Origin: Candidatus Izemoplasmatales bacterium
GTDB lineage: Bacteria > Bacillota_I > Bacilli_A > Izemoplasmatales > Hujiaoplasmataceae
Direction: 5' to 3'
NCBI GenBank assembly: GCA_050177605.1
Contig: JBFXGX010000002.1
Span: forward strand, 32,001-96,000
Length of the DNA: 64,000 nt
Of this stretch, positions 1-9,064 are shown one piece after another. Made by a program: the position numbers and the translations under genes. The notes below the pieces were generated by a model. It saw nothing but the letters and a program-made list of their open reading frames with translations, was not told where the DNA came from and ran no database searches. Position 1 is the stretch's first letter. Each line of letters starts with the position of its first letter.

Positions 1-19
1 AATCGGCTTTTATCTGTTC

Positions 20-919
20 ATGCAATCAATATTAAACTCTGTGGCGAATATTTGTGTTCTAGTACTCGCTACTACCGGAATTGTACTCATCTTCAAGACA
101 TCATTTACAACAAACTTTGCTCAAGGAATGATTGCTACTTTTGGTGCGTATGTTGCGGCAAAATTAATCCAATATTTTGCAGCATCAACCCTTGGGCTTA
201 GCCAATCAATGACGGTTGTTTACGCAATGATTGGTAGTGCATTCACCGCATTCTTATTAGGTGTATTTATCGATACAGTCATCATTAGACATGCAAAAAA
301 CGTGACGTCTGTTGGAAAACAAATGATTACAATGGGACTCGTTCTTGTTTTTTCGGGAATGATGCCAATCGTATTTGGTATTTTACCACTGGAAATTCCA
401 CGTTTTAGTTATGATATTGTACCGGTGACCATGTTTGGCTTAGCGTTAACTATTTCAAAACAAGCTTTAATCGCTTTGGCAATTACTGTTGTTTTGTTAA
501 CATTATTATTCTCTGCACTTCGCTTTACAAAATGGGGCTTAGGTGTAAGAGCGACAGCTTCCAATGAAAGAGTCGCTTCAATGATGGGTGTAAACACAAA
601 GATCATCACAGCGATGAGTTGGGCGATTGCTGGTGCACTCGGTGGTGTTGCGGCAGTACTCCAAACACCTGTTAGTACGCAAGTGAGTGTCGTTTTGATG
701 GTTCCAACGCAAGTCAACGGATTTATGGCATCTATTTTAGGAAGTTTTTCTTCCTTCTTAGGACCTTTAGTAAGTGCCATTTTGATACCAATATTAACTG
801 GATTATTCTCTTATCTTGTTGGATTATGGTCCAATGCGTTAACTTACCTATTTATTTTATTAATCGTTTTGGTAAAGCCTCTTGGCTTATTCGGAAAACG
901 AATTGCAAAGAAGGTGTAA
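20..919 (+). CDS. livH: Branched-chain amino acid-type ABC transporter permease (LivH family)
   Basis: Polytopic hydrophobic protein with NFAQG and GLGVRATASNERVASMMGVN motifs. The frame is open back to the window edge, so the true start may lie upstream. Confidence 0.85.
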   Translation: MQSILNSVANICVLVLATTGIVLIFKTSFTTNFAQGMIATFGAYVAAKLIQYFAASTLGLSQSMTVVYAMIGSAFTAFLLGVFIDTVIIRHAKNVTSVGKQMITMGLVLVFSGMMPIVFGILPLEIPRFSYDIVPVTMFGLALTISKQALIALAITVVLLTLLFSALRFTKWGLGVRATASNERVASMMGVNTKIITAMSWAIAGALGGVAAVLQTPVSTQVSVVLMVPTQVNGFMASILGSFSSFLGPLVSAILIPILTGLFSYLVGLWSNALTYLFILLIVLVKPLGLFGKRIAKKV

Positions 920-922
920 ATC

Positions 923-2005
923 ATGAACTTTTTCAGCGAATTATCAATGGAACGTAAAATGAAAATCAAATCGATTCTCAATCATCCCTATTTTGGCTTT
1001 TTCATTATCACCTTCTTAATGTTCTTTGTCCAAATCCTAAGTTTTCTAGGTGTGAATGTCCCTATTTCTGTGATGAGAGCCTTTGGGTTAACAATGATTT
1101 ATATTATCATCGCACTCGGATTTTCAATCTTGCTAGGATATGCTGGACTTGCATCATTAGGTACAGCTGGATTTGTAGGAGTTGGAACTTATATCTTAGG
1201 ATATTTGTCGAACACGCTCCATTATGGATTTATTTCGATTTTAGTGATTGCGATTTTAATTGCCATCTTAATTGGAGTCATTGTTGGTTTTATCTCTCTT
1301 CGTATCGAAGGGATGTACTTAGCAATTATTACTTTAGGACTCAGCGAAATCCTCAATGAAATCTTTAAAAATGCAACTGTTTATACGAATGGAACAAATG
1401 GTTTAGGAATCAATACACTTTATTTTTTCTCTCATCCGATTCCATTAAATGATAGTACTGTGTTTGTCTTTCTTTCCGTTATGCTATTTGTGATGATGGT
1501 ATTAACCCTTAACATCATTAAAAGCCCTACAGGAAGAGCAATGCTCGCAATGAGAAACTCAGAATCTGCAGCACAAGCGATGGGTGTGAGTGTATTTAAA
1601 TATCGTTTACTTGCGTTTATGATTTCCACAGTATATGCAGTTTTAGGTGGATATATCTATATGAGTTATTTTGCTTTCAGTATTCCTACATCTTGGTCAC
1701 TAAGTTTTTCACTCAATATTTTAGCAGCCGTAATTGTGGGTGGATCGCAATCGATTTATGGAATTCTCTTAGGAACATTTATGATTTTTGGACTCAACCT
1801 GAGCGTTTTACAACAAATTTCATTCTTCCAAAACAATCCTGCAATCAGTATCGTCTTTAATGGTGTATTAATTATTGTCGTTATTATGTTTTACCCTGGT
1901 GGATTGGTACGTTTAATTCAAACACTCTATTACAAACTTAAAAAAGCATTACATCAATTACATGAGAAATGGAGACTGTATAAGTATGGACCTGATCCTG
2001 AATAA
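923..2005 (+). CDS. livM: Branched-chain amino acid-type ABC transporter permease (LivM family)
   Basis: GYAGLASLG, LRIEGMYLAIITLG and GRAMLAMRNSESAAQAMGV motifs; adjacent to livH. Confidence 0.88.
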   Translation: MNFFSELSMERKMKIKSILNHPYFGFFIITFLMFFVQILSFLGVNVPISVMRAFGLTMIYIIIALGFSILLGYAGLASLGTAGFVGVGTYILGYLSNTLHYGFISILVIAILIAILIGVIVGFISLRIEGMYLAIITLGLSEILNEIFKNATVYTNGTNGLGINTLYFFSHPIPLNDSTVFVFLSVMLFVMMVLTLNIIKSPTGRAMLAMRNSESAAQAMGVSVFKYRLLAFMISTVYAVLGGYIYMSYFAFSIPTSWSLSFSLNILAAVIVGGSQSIYGILLGTFMIFGLNLSVLQQISFFQNNPAISIVFNGVLIIVVIMFYPGGLVRLIQTLYYKLKKALHQLHEKWRLYKYGPDPE

Positions 2006-3392
2006 GATCTGGAGATGGTTCTGGACCAATCTTCTTAGATATTATCAAAAAAAGAAAGAATATTATCAAGGTTTTCTACCTGTGTATAAAACGAGAGAAG
2101 AAAACAAACTTGTCAAAAGAAATCATCTTATTGACTTGAAAATCGAACGTGCGAATTTAAAATTAGCGATTTTCAAACATGAGTCAAATGTATTAGTAAA
2201 AAAATATCACGCATATCAACTTGAAAAACTGACACACAAGTTTGATTTAAAAAGACGAGCACTGAAACAAAAGGAAAAACGTGCTCAAGCTGCAAGTTCA
2301 AATACTTATTCGTTTCCTAGTCTATTAAAGAAACTAGATGTAAATTTTGAAAATGCAAAATCAAAACTTGAAATGAAATACTTCCAAGCAACACCAATCT
2401 TATTTCAAGATACTTGGGAAACATACCTAGGAAAGACAGTCAAAAGACTTGAAACTAGAAAAACGAAACTTGCAAAAGTATCAGCAAAGAAAATGAGTAA
2501 GAAATTGACTCAAATTGAAGCGACGATTAAAAGTTCTATGAGAAGAATCGATAGTATCGCTTTACGTATTCAAAAGCTATCAAGAACGAATCCATACGAA
2601 CAAATGCTCGAAAGTGATACTTTATTAAAACTCGATGGATTATCAATGTATTTTGGTGGTTTAAAAGCTGTAGATAACCTTAGTTTTGAAGTTAAACAAG
2701 GTAGCATCTTTGGACTTATCGGTCCAAATGGGGCTGGAAAAACAACTGTGTTTAACTGTATTACTCGTTTTTACAAAGCGACCTATGGTAAGGTGTATTA
2801 CAGAAATCAAAGCAATGAGGTCATTTGTTTAAATGACTATGTTGTACACAATGTCATCAAAGAAGGAATCGTAAGAACATTTCAAAATGTGGAACTGATA
2901 TGGGAACTGAATGTCATCGACAACCTCCTAGTCGCAGCTCATACTATGTACCGTAGTTCCTTCTTCGGACATTTGTTTAATTCAAAAGTGCTTCGTCAAG
3001 AAGAATTAATCTTAAGAGAAAAAGCAATCAAAATATTGATTGATTTAGGGCTCCAAGATTATATGTACATGTATCCTCTTGGGCTTCCTTATGGAATCTT
3101 AAAAAAAGTAGAACTTGCAAGAACGTTGATGGCAAATCCAAAATTGATTATCCTCGATGAACCAGCAGCCGGACTAAATGATGCAGAAACAGAGAATCTA
3201 GCACATACAATCAAAAAAATTCGAGACCAATATCATACAACGATTTTCTTAGTTGAACATGATATGGGTCTGGTGATGGATATTTGTGATACTATCTGCG
3301 CCATTTCATTTGGTAAAAAACTTGCGATTGGATCGCCAAAGGATATTCAAAATTCTAGCGTTGTTCGAGACGCCTATTTGGGAGGTGAGTAA
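1986..3392 (+). CDS. livG: ABC ATP-binding protein (LivG family) with long Lys-rich N-terminal extension
   Basis: Walker A GPNGAGKTT, RTFQN, LPYG, Walker B ILDEPAAG, VEHDM. Start moved to ATG 1986 (GGAG at 1971-1974). Confidence 0.85.
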   Translation: MDLILNKIWRWFWTNLLRYYQKKKEYYQGFLPVYKTREENKLVKRNHLIDLKIERANLKLAIFKHESNVLVKKYHAYQLEKLTHKFDLKRRALKQKEKRAQAASSNTYSFPSLLKKLDVNFENAKSKLEMKYFQATPILFQDTWETYLGKTVKRLETRKTKLAKVSAKKMSKKLTQIEATIKSSMRRIDSIALRIQKLSRTNPYEQMLESDTLLKLDGLSMYFGGLKAVDNLSFEVKQGSIFGLIGPNGAGKTTVFNCITRFYKATYGKVYYRNQSNEVICLNDYVVHNVIKEGIVRTFQNVELIWELNVIDNLLVAAHTMYRSSFFGHLFNSKVLRQEELILREKAIKILIDLGLQDYMYMYPLGLPYGILKKVELARTLMANPKLIILDEPAAGLNDAETENLAHTIKKIRDQYHTTIFLVEHDMGLVMDICDTICAISFGKKLAIGSPKDIQNSSVVRDAYLGGE

Positions 3393-3393
3393 T

Positions 3394-4137
3394 ATGGAAT
3401 CCATCTTACAAATAGAAAACCTCGTGGTCGATTATGGGATTATTCGTGCAATTAAAGGAATTGATTTAGATGTCAAAAAAGGAACGATTGTTGCGATTCT
3501 TGGCGCCAATGGTGCCGGGAAAACGACAACGATACGTACCGTGAATGGCGTCGTCAAAGCGGCAAGTGGTAAGATTCTTTTTAAAGGTCAAAATGTGACA
3601 AACATGGAACCTTATAAATTAGCCGCAAGAGGGATGATTCAATCTCCTGAAGGAAGATTAATCTTACGTGGACTGACTGTCGAAGAAAACTTATTGGTTG
3701 GAAGTTATTCAGTGAAATCAAAAATCATTGATGGACATCGAAAATCAGCGAAGAAGTTAGTTCAAGAATCACTAAAAGAAGTTTTTGAGTTATTTCCTGT
3801 TTTGTTTGAAAGAAGAAAGCAACAAGCATCAACTCTTTCTGGTGGTGAACAACAAATGTTAGCTATCGGAAGAGCACTGATGGGGCGACCAGATTTGTTA
3901 TTACTTGATGAGCCATCACTTGGACTCGCGCCACTAATCGTGCAAGATATTTTCAAAGCAATTGTAAAAATCAAAGAAAAAGGCACAACGATTTTAATTG
4001 TTGAACAAAATGCATATCAAACATTAAAAATCGCTGATGACGTGTATGTGCTTGAACTAGGAAAAGTGAAATCACATGCGACCCCAGAAGAATTACTCAA
4101 AGATAATCAACTCGTAAAAGCTTATCTTGGAGGATAA
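3394..4137 (+). CDS. livF: ABC ATP-binding protein (LivF family)
   Basis: GANGAGKTT, LSGGEQQM, LLDEPSLGLAP, VEQN. Start ATG 3394 after GGAGGTGA at 3381. Confidence 0.9.
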   Translation: MESILQIENLVVDYGIIRAIKGIDLDVKKGTIVAILGANGAGKTTTIRTVNGVVKAASGKILFKGQNVTNMEPYKLAARGMIQSPEGRLILRGLTVEENLLVGSYSVKSKIIDGHRKSAKKLVQESLKEVFELFPVLFERRKQQASTLSGGEQQMLAIGRALMGRPDLLLLDEPSLGLAPLIVQDIFKAIVKIKEKGTTILIVEQNAYQTLKIADDVYVLELGKVKSHATPEELLKDNQLVKAYLGG

Positions 4138-4188
4138 ACCAAAGAAACTACCGGTAACCCCGGTTTAAATAAAAAAAAGGAGAAAAGT

Positions 4189-5571
4189 ATGAAAAAATTA
4201 GTAATGTTAGTTTTATCAGTTTTCGTTGGACTAGCGCTCGTTGCATGTACAAACGCAACAACTGAAGATACACAAACAGCGACTACAACAACAACGACTA
4301 CAACGACAACTGTAACAACTACAGGTGAAGAAGACTATGTTCAAGGTGTCACTGATACCACGATTAAAGTTGGAAACACTGCAGCTGTTTCTGGAGCATT
4401 CGCCGTTGTAGGTATTCCTTTCAATGATGCAATTAAAGCCGTTTTCAAACAAGTTAACGACGCTGGTGGTATCGGTGGAAGAACAATTGAATTTGTAACT
4501 TATGATGATCAATTCAACGCTGAACTAGGAGTTACTTACACAGAACAACTAGTTGAAGATGATGAAGTGTTCGCACTTGTTGGACATTTCGGTACACCTA
4601 CAGTTGGTGCTACACTTAGTTACATTCAAGAACAAGGTGTTCCAATGGTTTATGCCGCAACTGGTATCAACAGTTTATACTTCGAAGAAACACCTGGAAA
4701 CCCAATCATGGCTGTTCAACCAATCTATTTAACAGATGGTAGAATCATGACTGCAAGAGCATTCCAAGAATCATTATATGGAACGAACCATGATGAAGCT
4801 TTAGCAGATACAGCTAAAGTTGGTGTTCTTTATACAAATGATGACGTCGGAAACTCTATCAAAGCTGGTGTTGAAACTGAAGCCGCTGCTCTTGGTATTT
4901 CTGCATCAAGATTAGTTTACATTGCTGTAACTGCTGAAACAGCTGTATCAGCTGTTGCTTACTTAAAAGCATTTAATGTTTCGTCTGTAATCTTAGCTAT
5001 GAACCAAGCTCCATTTGCTTATACTTTAAACGCAATGTATGATGCTCAATTAGAAGTTCCAGTATTTACTTCTTATGTAAATGCAGACATCACTGCAGTT
5101 GACCATTTAAAATATTCAGTAGATCGTCCAATTTATACAAATGCATGGGTTGATGTTTATTCAACAAAAGGTCAAGAAGATGTTCAAGCTTATATCGCTT
5201 GTATTAGCAATGCAGACCTTGACGAAGCTACAAAAACAGCGTATTATGGAAATAGCTTTGCTATCGCTGGATATATCGCTGCAACTGTATTTGTTGAAGG
5301 ATTAAAAAGAGTTGATGCAGCTGGGTTAGACTTAACTTGGGCAAATTACATCGCTATGATGGAAGATGGTCCTATCAGCATCCCTATGGGTGGTGTTGTT
5401 GACTTCTCTAATGGACATCGTTGGGGTATCGCTTCAATGAGTTTACTACAATACACTTATGGTTTAGGAGATAATCCTGCTACTACAGATGTTACTGAAA
5501 CTGATTATTTAACTGAAGCATTCGTAAAAATTAGAGAAATTGAAACAATTTCTGAGATTGAAGCAAAATAA
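4189..5571 (+). CDS. ABC transporter substrate-binding lipoprotein (Liv/type 1 periplasmic-binding fold)
   Basis: Lipobox LVAC, Thr-rich linker, QGVTDTTIKVG and NDAGGIGGRTIEFVTYDD motifs; AAGGAG RBS. Confidence 0.85.
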   Translation: MKKLVMLVLSVFVGLALVACTNATTEDTQTATTTTTTTTTTVTTTGEEDYVQGVTDTTIKVGNTAAVSGAFAVVGIPFNDAIKAVFKQVNDAGGIGGRTIEFVTYDDQFNAELGVTYTEQLVEDDEVFALVGHFGTPTVGATLSYIQEQGVPMVYAATGINSLYFEETPGNPIMAVQPIYLTDGRIMTARAFQESLYGTNHDEALADTAKVGVLYTNDDVGNSIKAGVETEAAALGISASRLVYIAVTAETAVSAVAYLKAFNVSSVILAMNQAPFAYTLNAMYDAQLEVPVFTSYVNADITAVDHLKYSVDRPIYTNAWVDVYSTKGQEDVQAYIACISNADLDEATKTAYYGNSFAIAGYIAATVFVEGLKRVDAAGLDLTWANYIAMMEDGPISIPMGGVVDFSNGHRWGIASMSLLQYTYGLGDNPATTDVTETDYLTEAFVKIREIETISEIEAK

Positions 5572-5590
5572 TTTAACTCATTAATGATTG

Positions 5591-5631
5591 ATCGTTTTGT
5601 GAGGGAGGGATTTTCCTCCCTTACTAACGAT
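5591..5631 (+). other. Intercistronic stem-loop after SBP gene (no U-tract; stabiliser or weak terminator)
   Basis: GTGAGGGAGG (5599-5608) pairs with CCTCCCTTAC (5615-5624); outer ATCGTT/AACGAT. Confidence 0.55.
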
Positions 5632-5655
5632 AATAGAAAGATAGGTAGATGAAGA

Positions 5656-6966
5656 ATGAAAACACCTCAAACAATTAAAATAGAACAACTGATTGATTTA
5701 ATCCAAAACGATTTTGACATCGTTGTTGGTATGGCTGGTTCTGAACCGCAATCCTTTATGACACACCTACACTTGGCAGCTGACCGTTTGAAAAACGTAA
5801 CTGTCACAAATTGTCTTCCTTTTGCTAGTGGCGATTTTTACCTTGATGAAAAATATGCGAAGACATTTAACCTCGATACTTGGTTTTATTCAGGTACCTT
5901 AAGAAAAGCCCATAAACATGGAAATATATCGTTTATTCCAAATCACTTGCATTTTGCTGGGAAGAAACGTTTAGATTATAAAACACCAGACCTATTTATC
6001 GGTTGTGCAACTCCGCCTGATAAAAATGGTTTCATTTCTCTTTCTTTATCAAATGTATATGAAAGAGAAGTTCTTGATCAAGCAAGAATTGTTGCATTTG
6101 AAATTAACCCTAATTTTCCGAGAACGCTTGGCGATTTGGAAGTTCATATTAGTGAAATTGATTATTTAATTGAAGTGGATTATGAAGCGCCTACGATTCC
6201 TAATTTAGATCCAAATGAAAAGGATACGTTAATCGGAAATTTAATCGCTGCAGAAATTCATGATGGGGATACCATACAACTTGGGATTGGTGGCATCCCA
6301 AATGCTGTATCAAAAGCGTTATTTAATAAGAAAGATTTAGGAATCCATACTGAAATGTTTACTAGTGGAATGATGGATTTGATTAAGGCCGGAGCCATTA
6401 ACGGTAAGAAGAAATCATTACATCCTGGAAAACATGTTTGTTGTTTCGCTTTAGGGACAAAAGAACTCTATGATTTCATCGATGATAACCCATCAGTGAT
6501 GGTTTTAAATGGTGCATATGTCAATGATCCTGCGATTATTGGGCTCAATGACAACCAAGTTTCGATTAACTCTACGCTCGAGATTGATTTAACAGGACAA
6601 TGTGCCTCAGAGTCAATCGGTACGATGCAGTTTTCGGGAACAGGTGGTCAAAGTGATACAGCAGTTGGAGCACAAAACGCTAAAAATGGTCGTTCGTTTA
6701 TGGCGCTTTATTCAACAGCGATGGTTCGAAATCCAGAAACTGGTGAAAAAGAAGAAGTATCAAAAATTGTTCCGATGTTAAAACAAGGGGCTGCCGTTTC
6801 TTTATCTAGAAATGATGTTGACTATGTTGTCACTGAATATGGTATGGTCCATCTACGTGGTACAAATTTACGTGAACGTGCTAAATTATTAATCTCTATT
6901 GCACATCCTGCTTTTAGAGAAGAACTCACAAAACAAGCCGTTGAAGCTGGATTTATCCATGAGTAA
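5656..6966 (+). CDS. Acetyl-CoA hydrolase/transferase family protein (4-hydroxybutyrate/butyrate CoA-transferase-like)
   Basis: TIQLGIGGIPNA, DLGIHTEM, SGTGGQ and DYVVTEYG motifs. Confidence 0.9.
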   Translation: MKTPQTIKIEQLIDLIQNDFDIVVGMAGSEPQSFMTHLHLAADRLKNVTVTNCLPFASGDFYLDEKYAKTFNLDTWFYSGTLRKAHKHGNISFIPNHLHFAGKKRLDYKTPDLFIGCATPPDKNGFISLSLSNVYEREVLDQARIVAFEINPNFPRTLGDLEVHISEIDYLIEVDYEAPTIPNLDPNEKDTLIGNLIAAEIHDGDTIQLGIGGIPNAVSKALFNKKDLGIHTEMFTSGMMDLIKAGAINGKKKSLHPGKHVCCFALGTKELYDFIDDNPSVMVLNGAYVNDPAIIGLNDNQVSINSTLEIDLTGQCASESIGTMQFSGTGGQSDTAVGAQNAKNGRSFMALYSTAMVRNPETGEKEEVSKIVPMLKQGAAVSLSRNDVDYVVTEYGMVHLRGTNLRERAKLLISIAHPAFREELTKQAVEAGFIHE

Positions 6967-7780
6967 TTTTGAATATTTGGGACGGAATGTCTTTTACGAA
7001 ATAGATGGTGAAGGAAAACCGCTGATTATATTAAATGGAATTATGATGTCAACAAAATCTTGGCAACCATTTATTCCTTCCTTAAAAGAGTATTTTAAAG
7101 TGATTCGACTTGATTTTTTAGATCAAGGCCAATCGGATAAACTTGTTGGCGCGACTTACACGCAAACATTACAAGTTGATTTATTAGCCGCTTTTATTTC
7201 CTTTTTGAATTTAGATAAAGTCAATCTTTGTGGTATTTCATATGGTGGAGAAGTGGCACTAGGATTTGCGACGAAATATCCTCAGATGGTGAATCGGCTT
7301 ATGTTATTTAATACAACCGCATATACAAGCCCTTGGCTTCAAGATATCGGTCGTGGATGGATTGCTGCAGGGAAAACAAGAGATGGCAAACATTATTATC
7401 AAACAACCATTCCTGTCATCTACTCACCAACTTTTTATGAACAAAAATTAGATTGGATGAAAAAAAGAGAACAAGTTCTGATTCCTGTTTTTTCAAATCC
7501 AGTCTTCCTAGATCAAATGGAAAGACTTACCTTGAGTGCAGAGAGTTATGATGTTCGCGACCACCTAGATTTAGTGAAAGCTCCGACAATGATTGTATCT
7601 GCAGAACAAGATTATTTAACTCCAATGGAAAATCAAGAATATTTGCATCAACATATTGAGAATTCTCATCTCGTAAAAATTCCTTTTGCTGGACATGCAT
7701 CTATGTATGAGAAACCACTCTTATTTACCTCATTTGTCATTGGCTTTTTTGGTGTAAAAGACACTATTTATCCTATATAA
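6959..7780 (+). CDS. Alpha/beta fold hydrolase
   Basis: Nucleophile elbow GISYGG and C-terminal GHAS; ATG 6959 overlaps the upstream stop. Confidence 0.85.
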   Translation: MSNFEYLGRNVFYEIDGEGKPLIILNGIMMSTKSWQPFIPSLKEYFKVIRLDFLDQGQSDKLVGATYTQTLQVDLLAAFISFLNLDKVNLCGISYGGEVALGFATKYPQMVNRLMLFNTTAYTSPWLQDIGRGWIAAGKTRDGKHYYQTTIPVIYSPTFYEQKLDWMKKREQVLIPVFSNPVFLDQMERLTLSAESYDVRDHLDLVKAPTMIVSAEQDYLTPMENQEYLHQHIENSHLVKIPFAGHASMYEKPLLFTSFVIGFFGVKDTIYPI

Positions 7781-7801
7781 TAAAGAAAGGTATTTTTTGA
7801 T

Positions 7802-8686
7802 ATGGAAAAAAAGTATGTAACAATCGATAATCATGAACAAGTTGCGTATGTTGAAAAAGGGAAGGGCTCAAAGACATTACTCTTAATCCATGGCAATTTC
7901 TCTTCTAGTATTTATTATCAACCTTTGTTTGAACGTCTACCTGAAGATGTACATGCGATTGCGATGGATTTAAGAGGCTATGGTGATACCTCTTATAAGA
8001 ATCGTGTATTATCTTTAAAAGACTTTGCTAAGGATGTTAAATTATTCATGGACAAAATGAATATTGAGAAAGCTTTTGTCTGTGGTTGGTCTTTAGGAGG
8101 TGGTGTTGCGATGGAACTTGCAGCACATTATCCTGAAAGAGTAGAGAAACTAATCCTACTAAATTCAACAACGCATAAAGGTTATCCTGTGTTTAAAAAA
8201 GATGAAACAGGGAAGATGATTGTTGGTTCTGTTTATAAAGATGCGGATGAAATGGCAAATGATCCTGTTCAAGTAAAACCATTGCTAGATGCTTTAAATG
8301 GAAAAAACTTTGCTTTTGTTAAATATATCTTTGATGTAACAATTTATACAGTTGGAAAACCAACGGATGAGCAAACGATTCTATTTATTGGCGAATCCTT
8401 AAAACAAAGAAACTTGGCGGATGCCGATTTTGCACTCGCTAGCCAAAATATGGGTGATACGCCTTCTTTCTATAAAGATGGTGAAAGAACGATTCATCAT
8501 ATTACGATGCCTGTTCTTCACATTTGGGGGGATAAAGACATCACTGTGCCTGAAATGATGATTCAAGATAATTTGAATGCGATGAAACAAAATTCAACCT
8601 ATATCAAATTTGAAAACTGTGGTCATAGTCCTTTGATTGATAAACCGGACGAATTGACAAAAGCAATCTTAGATTTTATTCAATAA
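7802..8686 (+). CDS. Alpha/beta hydrolase resembling Bacillus intracellular PHB depolymerase PhaZ
   Basis: LIHGN, DLRGYG, GWSLGGG, KGYPVFKKD...DPVQ and CGHSP segments recalled from the Bacillus cereus-group PhaZ family. Confidence 0.7.
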   Translation: MEKKYVTIDNHEQVAYVEKGKGSKTLLLIHGNFSSSIYYQPLFERLPEDVHAIAMDLRGYGDTSYKNRVLSLKDFAKDVKLFMDKMNIEKAFVCGWSLGGGVAMELAAHYPERVEKLILLNSTTHKGYPVFKKDETGKMIVGSVYKDADEMANDPVQVKPLLDALNGKNFAFVKYIFDVTIYTVGKPTDEQTILFIGESLKQRNLADADFALASQNMGDTPSFYKDGERTIHHITMPVLHIWGDKDITVPEMMIQDNLNAMKQNSTYIKFENCGHSPLIDKPDELTKAILDFIQ

Positions 8687-8815
8687 GGTCTCCTTTTCAT
8701 ACTTAGCCTAACATACAACTATTTTTGTCAAGAGGCTAAAATGGCTAAAAATAGGCTGTTTTAGCCTCTGCAACAAAAATATTAAAAAAATATTAAAAAA
8801 ATTGAGCGAAAGTTG

Positions 8816-8844
8816 TTGACAAAGAGATTTGACTATTATATAAT
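8816..8844 (+). promoter_or_regulatory. Consensus sigma-A/70 promoter
   Basis: TTGACA 8816-8821, 17-nt spacer, TATAAT 8839-8844; AT-rich tandem AAAAATATTAA x2 (8775-8796) upstream. Confidence 0.9.
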
Positions 8845-8850
8845 GATGTC

Positions 8851-8925
8851 GTAAATAGCAAAACTAGGGAAACCTAGTGACGCAAAGCTATAGGGCCTTC
8901 GCAAGATGGTAGCCAGTTGCCGTTA
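8851..8925 (+). ncRNA. c-di-GMP-I (GEMM-I) family riboswitch aptamer, A20 variant
   Basis: GCAAA-ACTAGG-GAAA-CCTAGT-GACGCAAAGCTATAGGGCC...ATGGTAGCCAGTTGCC matches the GEMM-I pattern (GAAA-capped stem, GACGCAAAGC junction, AGCCAGTTGCC 3' end); begins at the predicted TSS. Confidence 0.9.
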
Positions 8926-8951
8926 TCTTATTTAAGATGAGGGCATTTTTT
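8918..8951 (+). terminator. Riboswitch expression-platform intrinsic terminator
   Basis: TGCCGTTATCTT (8918-8929) pairs with AAGATGAGGGCA (8934-8945), with one G-G mismatch, followed by T6; overlaps the aptamer 3' end. Confidence 0.8.
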
Positions 8952-9064
8952 ATTTCATAGGGTTATTTTATCCATTAGTGAGTAAAGAATGCACAAATCT
9001 TCAAAGGGTAGTGGCTTTTTTTTATAGCCAACCCGGACCTAAGAGGGAGGGAATGCACTTTGGT

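Noticed and set aside
3286..3393. Upstream-extended starts in the ORF track (e.g. 3286, 6899, 8978, 19940, 37598)
   Set aside because: Downstream ATGs have better RBS spacing and match family N-termini; the extensions overlap upstream genes, leaders or promoters.
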